Positions 53,887-64,000 of a stretch of DNA of 64,000 nt are shown one piece after another (positions within the stretch are counted from its first letter, which is position 1; each line of letters begins with the position of its first letter). Source of the DNA: Eledone cirrhosa. Lineage: Eukaryota. The position numbers and the translations under genes are program-made. Below the pieces are notes generated by a model. The model did no database searches. It was not told the origin of the DNA and saw nothing but the letters and a program-made list of their open reading frames with translations. The stretch is taken from the NCBI GenBank assembly GCA_964016885.1, contig OZ024742.1:169756001-169820000 (forward strand), read 5' to 3'.

Positions 53887-55313
53887 CTGAAAATAGAAAA
53901 TGTAAAAATGAAATGATTTACTTCCGTTTGTTTATGTATATTCTCTTAATATATACACTTGGTTATCACTTCCTTGAAACAACAGAGACTACATAGAGTA
54001 TAGAAAACATTCTAGCCTTGTGATAACAAGGTAGCTTCTCTAATGCTGATATCATGATAAACTACACCCAGTACACTCTGTAAGTGGTTACTGTTTAAAA
54101 GGCAACAACATAGGGTAGAGGATACTTCAGTCATATCAAGTACATGACAACCTCTCTAGTGCTGGAGCCATGATAAAATACATTCAGTGCACTCTGTGAA
54201 GTGGTTGGTATTAGGAAGGGCATCCAGCTATAGAAACTATGCCAAAAACTGTTGAGAGGAGTTTTCAGTCATGTCAAGGATATGACAACTTCTCTAGTGC
54301 TGGTGCCACAATAAAATATACTCAGTACACTCTGTAAATGGTTGGCAATTGAACAGTAACAACATAATGTAGAGAGAAATTTTCCAGCATGTCAAGGACA
54401 TGACAACTTTAATGCTGGTTCCATGATAAAACGCACTCAGTACACTCTGTAAGTGGTTGGTGTTAGAAAGGGCATCCATCCATCCAGAGAAAACATGCCA
54501 AAAAGATTGTTCGAGCGAGATGTAGCCCCTCAATTTGTTTAGGAGAGCAACTCTGAATAATTGCTAACTTAAACAGTAACAACCTCTCCAACTCATGCCA
54601 GTATGGTAACGCTGACCTCACATTTTTTAGTTAGGATGAGGATGAATCAAATTAATTGATTCTGGTACTAGTTTTATTGGTTTCCCAAGCAAAGTCAACC
54701 TTAATGGACATTGAAATCAGAGCATAAATGAACCAAATCAAATATTGTTCAGTGCTCTACTGAGTCTGTCATCCACCGCTAATATCAGTAATAATTCTCT
54801 CTAAGATGGGTATAAGCACATAATTTTATTTGCTGGGGTGTTTTATATTTTGATTTCAAATATGCTTTAGTCAACTTTGCCTTTCATCGTTCCAAGGTTG
54901 ATAAAATATAGGGTCAGTCATGTACTGTGAAGACACATCTGGTTAGAATGTCTCAGGAAAGAATCACTGGACAGATTTTACAGGCAAAACCAACTGACAG
55001 GAGACCCAGGGGTAGACTCTGAGCAAGATGGTTGGATAACATTCATGAGCTCAGTCAGTCTTGCTCGGGGATCCAACTGGATCAATTAGAGACGGTTGCT
55101 TCTGACAAGACCTGCTGGAAGGTGTGCTTGAGGACTCTGCTACCATGACCCTTGTGGAGGAGTGCTGTGTGGAGATGGATGCGTGGGGAGAGGGCTATAC
55201 TCTCCCTACAAATTTATGGCCTTGTGCCTAAGGTAGAAAGCAATATTACTTGAAACACAGGTAGTGTGTATTTCACTAGAAATATAATCTGGAAAGGGTT
55301 AATAATAATTTAC

Positions 55314-55461
55314 CTGATTTATAATTGTGGCTGACTGCTATATCCATAGCAGTCAACTGATCCTCATTTGACATGGTAAAATCAGCCCCCGATTCTAGCA
55401 ATAATTTCACACAGCTGGCATGGTTGTTGTTTACAGCATACATCAGTGCTGTGTTTCCACT
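55314..55461 (-). CDS. ANKRA2/RFXANK-like penultimate exon
   Basis: ttacag|AGT...TCA G|gtaaat; SGNTALMYAVNNNHASCVKLLLESGAD..AMDIAV ankyrin repeat. Confidence 0.92.
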
Positions 55462-55954
55462 CTGTAATAACAACAAACACTTATCTCTTATACTAACAGA
55501 AAACATTTTCACTGTGAAGTATTTTACACAACATAGAGGTCAGCATCTCTGACTAACTACTGACTTGGTCTGTGACAACATAACCAACTTTACTAGCAGG
55601 GAAAATGGATATTAGTTAATGATGATGATGATGATGATAATGAAAGGGAGAAAAATTGATTTAACTCTTTTGATATTAAACTGCCTAAAGCAGTCCTGAA
55701 TTAATGATACAAAACATCTCATATTAAAATGTTTATCCTTATATTAAAACCTTCCATTATAATAATATTTAAAGAATTTTTGTTAATTAATGTTCTAAAT
55801 ATCAGTTTAATAATGAAAACCTCAGTTATCTTATTAAATTCCTTCAATTTTTTGGTTATATAAAGGTACATAGCAATGTGTGTAGTGATAAAGTTGGAGC
55901 TCCTTACTCTGTTATTAGTAGACCAGTGTGTAATAACACCTAAGTAATCTATGT

Positions 55955-58900
55955 TAGTACATACTCAGTAATACATGTCAGTATCTTAGTAGTCCAACAT
56001 CTCAGTACTCTAGTAATACAACATGTCAGTACCTTAGTAATACATGACGGTACCTCAGTAATACATGTCAGTACCTCAATAATACATGTCAGGACCTCAG
56101 TAATACAAAATGTCAGTACTTCAGTAATACAAGATGTCAGTACCTCAGTAATACATGTCAGTACCTCAGTAATACAAAATGTCAGTACCTCAGTAATACA
56201 AGATGTCAGTACCTCAGTAATAAATGTCAGGACCTCAGTAATACATGTCAGTACCTCAGTAATACAACAGGGCAGAACCTCAGTAATACATGTCAGTACC
56301 TCAGTAATACACGTCAGTACCTCAGTAATACAACATGTCAGTACCTCAGTAATACAATATGTCAGTACCTCAGTAATACAACATGTCAGTACCTCAGTAA
56401 TACATGTGAGTACCTCAAAAATACATGCCAGTACCTCAGTAATACAACATGTCAGTACCTCAGTAATACATGTCAGTACCTCAGTAATATATGTCAGTAC
56501 CTCAGTAATACAACATGTCAGTACCTCATTAATATATGTCAGTACCTCAGTAATACATGTCAGTACCTCAGTAATACATGTCACTACCTCAGTAATACAA
56601 CATGTGAGTACCTCAGTAATACAACAGGTCAGTACCTCAGTAATACATGTCACTACCTCAGTAATACAACATGTGAGTACCTCAGTAATACAACATGTGA
56701 GTACCTCAGTAATACAACATGTCAGTACCTCAGTAATACAACATGTCAGTACCTCAATAATACATGTCAGTACCTCAGTAATACAACGTCAGTACCTCAG
56801 TAATACAACATGTCAGTACCTCAGTAATACATGTCAGTACCTCAGTAATACATGTCAGTACCTCAGTAATACAACATGTCAGTACCTCAGTAATACATGT
56901 CAGAACCTCAGTAATACATGTCAGTACCTCAGTAATACAACATGTCAGTACCTCAGTAATACAACATGTCAGTACTTCAGTAATACAACATGACACTACC
57001 TCAGTAATACAACATGTCAGTACCTCAGTAATACACGTCAGTACCTCAGTAATACATGTCAGTACCTCAGTAATACAACATGTCAGTACCTCAGTAATAC
57101 ATGTCAGTACCTCAGTAATATTAGTCAGTACCTCAGTAATACAACATGTGAGTACCTCAGTAATACAACATGTGAGTACCTCAGTAATACAACATGTCAG
57201 TACCTCAGTAATACAACATGTCAGTACCTCAGTAATACATGTCAGTACCTCAGTAATACAACGTCAGTACCTCAGTAATACAACATGACAGTACCTCAGT
57301 AATACAACATGTCAGTACCTCAGTAATACAACGTGAGTACCTCAGTAATACAACATGTCAGTACCTCAGTAATACAACATGTCAGTACCTCAATAATACA
57401 TGTCAGTACCTCAGTAATACAACGTCAGTACCTCAGTAATACAACATGTCAGTACCTCAGTAATACATGTCAGTACCTCAGTAATACATGTCAGTACCTC
57501 AGTAATACAACATGTCAGTACCTCAGTAATACATGTCAGAACCTCAGTAATACATGTCAGTACCTCAGTAATACAACATGTCAGTACCTCAGTAATACAA
57601 CATGTCAGTACTTCAGTAATACAACATGACACTACCTCAGTAATACAACATGTCAGTACCTCAGTAATACACGTCAGTACCTCAGTAATACATGTCAGTA
57701 CCTCAGTAATACAACATGTCAGTACCTCAGTAATACATGTCAGTACCTCAGTAATATTAGTCAGTACCTCAGTAATACAACATGTGAGTACCTCAGTAAT
57801 ACAACATGTGAGTACCTCAGTAATACAACATGTCAGTACCTCAGTAATACAACATGTCAGTACCTCAGTAATACATGTCAGTACCTCAGTAATACAACGT
57901 CAGTACCTCAGTAATACAACATGACAGTACCTCAGTAATACAACATGTCAGTACCTCAGTAATACATGTCAGTACCTCAGTAATACATGTCAGTACCTCA
58001 GTAATACAACATCTCAGTACCTCAGTAATACAACGTGAGTACCTCAGTAATACAACATGACAGTACCTCAGTAATACAACGTGTCAGTACCTCAGTAATA
58101 CATATCAGTACCTCAGTAATACAACATGTCAGTACCTCAGTAATACATGTCACCTCAGTAATACAAGTCAGAACCTCAGTAATACATGTCAGTACCTCAG
58201 TAATACAACGTCAGTACCTCAGTAATACAACATGACAGTACCTCAGTAATACAACATGTCAGTACCTCAGTAATACAACATGTCAGTACCTCAGTAATAC
58301 AACATGTCAGTACCTCAGTAATACATGTCAGTACCTCAGTAATACAACATGTAAGTACCTCAGTAATACAACGTCAGTACCTCAGTAATACAACATGACA
58401 GTACCTCAGTAATACAACATGTCAGTACCTCAGTAATACATGTCAGTACCTCAGTAATACACGTCAGTACCTCAGTAATACATGTCAGTACCTCAGTAAT
58501 ACAACATGTCAGTACCTCAGTAATACAACGTCAGTACCTCAGTAATACAACATGACAGTACCTCAGTAATACAACATGTCAGTACCTCAGTAATACATGT
58601 CAGTACCTCAGTAATACAACATGTCAGTACCTCAGTAATACAACATGACAGTACCTCAGTAATACAACATGTCAGTACCTCAGTAATACAACATGTCAGT
58701 ACCTCAGTAATACAACATGTCAGTACCTCAGTAATACACGTCAGTACCTCAGTAATACATGTCAGTACCTCAGTAATACACGTCAGTACCTCAGTAATAC
58801 ATGTCAGTACCTCAGTAATACAACATGTCAGTACCTCAGTAATACAACGTCAGTACCTCAGTAATACAACATGACAGTACCTCAGTAATACAACATGTCA

Positions 58901-61900
58901 GTACCTCAGTAATACATGTCAGTACCTCAGTAATACAACATGTCAGTACCTCAGTAATACAACATGTCAGTACCTCAGTAATACATGTCAGTACCTCAGT
59001 AATACAATATGTCAGTACCTCAGTAATACAACAGGTCAGTACCTCAGTAATACAACATGACAGTACCTCAGTAATACAATATGTCAGTACCTCAGTAATA
59101 CAATATGTCAGTACCTCAGTAATACAACATGACAGTACCTCAGTAATACATGTCAGTACCTCAGTAATACACGTCAGTACCTCAGTAATACAACATGACA
59201 GTACCTCAGTAATACAACATGTCAGTACCTCAGTAATACATGTCAGTACCTCAGTAATACAACATGTCAGTACCTCAGTAATACAACATGTCAGTACCTC
59301 AGTAATACAACATGTCAGTACCTCAGTAATACATGTCAGTACCTCAGTAATACAATATGTCAGTACCTCAGTAATACAACAGGTCAGTACCTCAGTAATA
59401 CAACATGACAGTACCTCAGTAATACAATATGTCAGTACCTCAGTAATACAATATGTCAGTACCTCAGTAATACAACATGACAGTACCTCAGTAATGCATG
59501 TCAGTACCTCAGTAATACACGTCAGTACCTCAGTAATACAACATGACAGTACCTCAGTAATACAACATGCCAGTACCTCAGTAATACATGTCAGTACCTC
59601 AGTAATACAACATGTCAGTACCTCAGTAATACAACATGTCAGTACCTCAGTAATACATGTCAGTACCTCAGTAATACAATATGTCAGTACCTCAGTAATA
59701 CAACAGGTCAGTACCTCAGTAATACAACATGACAGTACCTCAGTAATACAACATGACAGTACCTCAGTAATACATGTCAGTACCTCAGTAATACATATCA
59801 GTACCTCAATAATACATGTCAGTATCTTAGTAATACATGTCAGTACCTCAGTAATACATGTCAGTACCTCAGTAATACATATCAGTACCTCAATAATACA
59901 TGTCAGTACCTCAGTAATACGTGTCAGTACCTCAGTAATACAACATGTTAGTACATCAGTACCTCAGTAATACATGTCAGTACCTCAGTAATACATGTCA
60001 GTACCTCAGTAATACAATATGTCAGTACCCCAGTAATACAACATGTCAGTACCTCAGTAATACACGTCAGTACCTCAGTAATACAATATGTCAGTACCTC
60101 AGTAATACAAAGGTCAGAACCTCAGTAATACACGTCAGTACCTCAGTAATACATGTCAGTACCTCAGTAATACAACATGTCAGTACCTCAGTAATACAAC
60201 ATGTCAGAACCTCAGTAATACAACATGTCAGAACCTCAGTAATACATGTCAGTACCTCAGTAATACAATATGTCAGTACCTCAGTAATACAACAGGTCAG
60301 AACCTCAGTAATACATGTCAGTACCTCAGTAATACATGTCAGTACCTCAGTAATACATGTCAGTATCTTAGTAATACATGTCAGTACCTCAGTAATACAA
60401 CATGTCAGTACCTCAGTAATACATATCAGTACCTCAATAATACATGTCAGTACCTCAGTAATACGTGTCAGTACCTCAGTAATACAACATGTTAGTACAT
60501 CAGTACCTCAGTAATACATGTCAGTACCTCAGTAATACAATATGTCAGTACCCCAGTAATACAACATGTCAGTACCTCAGTAATACACGTCAGTACCTCA
60601 GTAATACAATATGTCAGTACCTCAGTAATACAAAGGTCAGAACCTCAGTAATACACGTCAGTACCTCAGTAATACATGTCAGTACCTCAGTAATACAACA
60701 TGTCAGTACCTCAGTAATACAACATGTCAGAACCTCAGTAATACAACATGTCAGAACCTCAGTAATACATGTCAGTACCTCAGTAATACAATATGTCAGT
60801 ACCTCAGTAATACAACAGGTCAGAACCTCAGTAATACATGTCAGTACCTCAGTAATACATGTCAGTACCTCAGTAATACATGTCAGTACCTCAGTAATAC
60901 AACATGTCAGTACCTCAGTAATACAACATGTCAGAACCTCAGTAATACAACATGTCAGAACCTCAGTAATACATGTCAGTACCTCAGTAATACAATATGT
61001 CAGTACCTCAGTAATACAACAGGTCAGAACTTCAGTAATACATGTCAGTACCTCAGTAATACATGTCAGTACCTCAGTAATACAACATGTCAGAACCTCA
61101 GTAATACAATATGTCAGAACCTCAGTAATACAACATGTCAGAACCTCAGTAATACATGTCAGTACCTCAGTAATACAATATGTCAGTACCCCAGTAATAC
61201 AACATGTCAGTACCTCAGTAATACAACATGTCAGTACCTCAGTAATACAACATGTCAGAACCTCAGTAATACATGTCAGTACCTCAGTAATACAATATGT
61301 CAGTACCCCAGTAATACAACATGTCAGTACCTCAGTAATACAACATGTCAGTACCTCAGTAATACAACATGTCAGAACCTCAGTAATACATGTCAGTACC
61401 TCAGTAATACAATATGTCAGTACCCCAGTAATACAACATGTCAGTACCTCAGTAATACAACATGTCAGTACCTCAGTAATACATGTCAGTACCTCAGTAA
61501 TACAACATGTCAGTACCTCAGTAATACATGTCAGTACCTCAGTAATACAACGTGTCAGTACCTCAGTAATACATGTCAGTACCTCAGTAATACAACATGT
61601 CAGTACCTCAGTAATACAACATGTCAGTACCTCAGTAATACATGTCAGTACCTCAGTAATACAACATGTCAGTACCTCAGTAATACATGTCAGTACCTCA
61701 GTAATACAACGTGTCAGTACCTCAGTAATACAACAGGTCAGTACCTCAGTAATACAACATGTCAGTACCTCAGTAATACAACATGTCAGTACCTCAGTAA
61801 TACAACATGTCAGTACCTCAGTAATACATGTCAGTACCTCAGTAATACAACGTGTCAGTACCTCAGTAATACAACATGTCAGTACCTCAGTAATACAACA

Positions 61901-63140
61901 TGTCAGTACCTCAGTAATACAACATGTCAGTACCTCAGTAATACAACATGTCAGTACCTCAGTAATACATGTCAGTACCTCAGTAATACAACATGTCAGT
62001 ACCTCAGTAATACAACATGTCAGTACCTCAGTAATACAACATGTCAGTACCTCAGTAATACATGTCAGTACCTCAGTAATACAACATGTCAGTACCTCAG
62101 TAATACAACATGTCAGTACCTCAGTAATACAACATGTCAGTACCTCAGTAATACATGTCAGTACCTCAGTAATACAACATGTCAGTACCTCAGTAATACA
62201 ACATGTCAGTACCTCAGTAATACAACATGTCAGTACCTCAGTAATACAACATGTCAGTACCTCAGTAATACAACGTGTCAGTACCTCAGTAATACAACAT
62301 GTCAGTACCTCAGTAATACATGTCAGTACCTCAGTAATACAACATGTCAGTACCTCAGTAATACATGTCAGTACCTCAGTAATACATGTCAGTTACTCAG
62401 TAATACATGTCAGTACCTTAGTAATACAACATGTCAGTACCTCAGTAATACATGTCAGTACCTCAGTAATACAATATGTCAGTACCTCAGTAATACATGT
62501 CAGTACCTCAGTAATACAATATGTCAGTACCTCAGTAATACAACAGGTCAGAACCTCAGTAATACATGTCAGTACCTCATGTGGCCTTAATGATGATGGT
62601 GCACTTGCCATCACTGACGCTGATAAGAAGTAATACATGTCAGTACCTCAGTAATACGTGTCAGTACCACAGTAATACAACTGTCAGTACCTCAGTAATA
62701 CAACATGTCAGTACCTCAGTAATACATGTCAGTACCCCAGTAATACATGTCAGTACCTCAGTAATACAACTGTCAGTACCCCAGTAATACAACTGTCAGT
62801 ACCTCAGTAATACAACATGTCAGTACCTCAGTAATACATGTCAGTACCCCAGTAATACATGTCAGTACCTCAGTAATACAACTGTCAGTACCCCAGTAAT
62901 ACAACTGTCAGTACCTCAGTAATACAACATGTCAGTATCTTAGTAATACAACATGTCAGTACCCCAGTAATACATGTCAGTACCTCAGTAATACAACATG
63001 TTAGTACTTCAGTAATACAACATTCAGTAATACAACACGTTAATACCTCATTAATCCAACATATCAGTATCTCAGTAATCCCACATGTTAGTCCCTCATT
63101 AATCCAACATCTTCATAACTCAGTATCTCACTAATCCATA
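55955..63140. repeat. ~7.2-kb intronic minisatellite with 21/24-nt units gtcagtacctcagtaatac(aac)at
   Basis: Direct reading; higher-order duplications of 636 bp and 544 bp are visible as repeated ORF translations. Confidence 0.97.
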
Positions 63141-63170
63141 CTAAACTCTATGTAACATCATATAACTTAC

Positions 63171-63394
63171 CTCGTCTACATAGTTAACATCCATACCAAG
63201 TTTCAAAAGTAATTTGGCTATATCAATATAACCATAGCAGCAGGCAAACAGTAAGGCATTCTCTCCCTTGTTTCCTTGAGCGTATGGATTAGCCCCATGT
63301 TGCAGGAGATATTCCACTGTAGCCAACTGACCATTGGCAGCAGCCCACAGAAGAGCTGTCAAGCCTTGTTCATCAGGTTTATTTATATTGAGAG
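63171..63394 (-). CDS. ANKRA2/RFXANK-like exon (upstream exons lie outside the window)
   Basis: ttgcag|CT...GAG|gtaagt; NKPDEQGLTALLWAAANGQLATVEYLLQHGANP..GENALLFACCYGYIDIAKLLL. Confidence 0.92.
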
Positions 63395-63587
63395 CTGCAA
63401 GTAGAAGAAAAAATATTTAATAATTACCAGGGCTTGCCTAAGGTGCCACACAGTGGGATTTATCCCCAAACCTACATGGTTGAAACGTGAACTTATTAAC
63501 CATACAGACATGCCTACACTGTAACTGTTATTAATTAATTATTATTAAAAAAAAAAAAGAATTTTTAAACATCATCTTCATCATCAT

Positions 63588-63770
63588 TTAATTGTTTCTA
63601 CTTTTAGACCAAGGCCAGCAATTAACCAGGACATTACTGGTACTTTATTTAATTGACCCCGTAAGGATAAAAGGCAAAGTTAGCTTCGACGGGATTTGAA
63701 CTCAGACCGTAAAGGGACGTAACTATGCTGGAAAGCATGGTGTCTGACCCTCTACCAATACTGCCAATTC
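63588..63770 (-). mobile_element. tRNA-derived SINE (second family)
   Basis: Reverse complement of the 44611 consensus. Further copies at ~29518-29700 (-), 36458-36672, 40055-40275, 45731-45905 and 51630-51950 (-). Confidence 0.85.
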
Positions 63771-64000
63771 ACTCATCATCATTTAATGTCTACTTTTCCT
63801 GCAATCAAGAGTTGGATAGGTCATCGCAGACCAAATCAATACTTAAGTGGAACTACTGACCTCTGGAAGGCCACATTTCACTTACATACATTCCTGCACT
63901 CTATCGAGTGCACTGAGTGCATGGCATTGTGACACCAGCACTGGGAAGGCTGTTGTACCAGTCACAACCAAATAATCCTCTTGACCCTTTTTTGTCATAG

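Noticed and set aside
55949-62787. Repetitive ORFs (VSTSVIQH / CITEVLT), or a CRISPR-like array
   Set aside because: Unit lengths are multiples of 3 without stops, the array lies in an intron between well-defined ankyrin exons, and there are no unique spacers or cas genes

Overview
Repeat-rich eukaryotic genomic DNA. The huge (AT)n/(ATAC)n microsatellites, the SINE families and the RTE/Penelope content suggest a coleoid cephalopod such as Octopus, which is an inference. Bases 1-23,150 are an intergenic cluster of retroelements embedded in (AT)n tracts: two Penelope-like elements (PLEs), several RTE LINE copies and tRNA-derived SINEs. Bases 27,770-50,692 (+) hold a complete 9-exon PDCD7 (U11/U12 snRNP 59K) gene of about 739 aa. 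The last three coding exons of a convergent ANKRA2/RFXANK-like gene lie on the minus strand (53,816-63,394), with a ~7-kb minisatellite in one intron. The main finding is a non-coding 310-bp tandem repeat at 12,311-13,830 in which each full monomer carries a type I hammerhead ribozyme (a retrozyme). It is integrated as a fold-back whose inversion point falls exactly on the predicted self-cleavage site. At least three other, unrelated hammerhead or hammerhead-like motifs lie nearby (14,805; 17,391; 5,605), each at the 3' end of an element inserted in (AT)n. All calls were made by eye, with no database searches or folding software.
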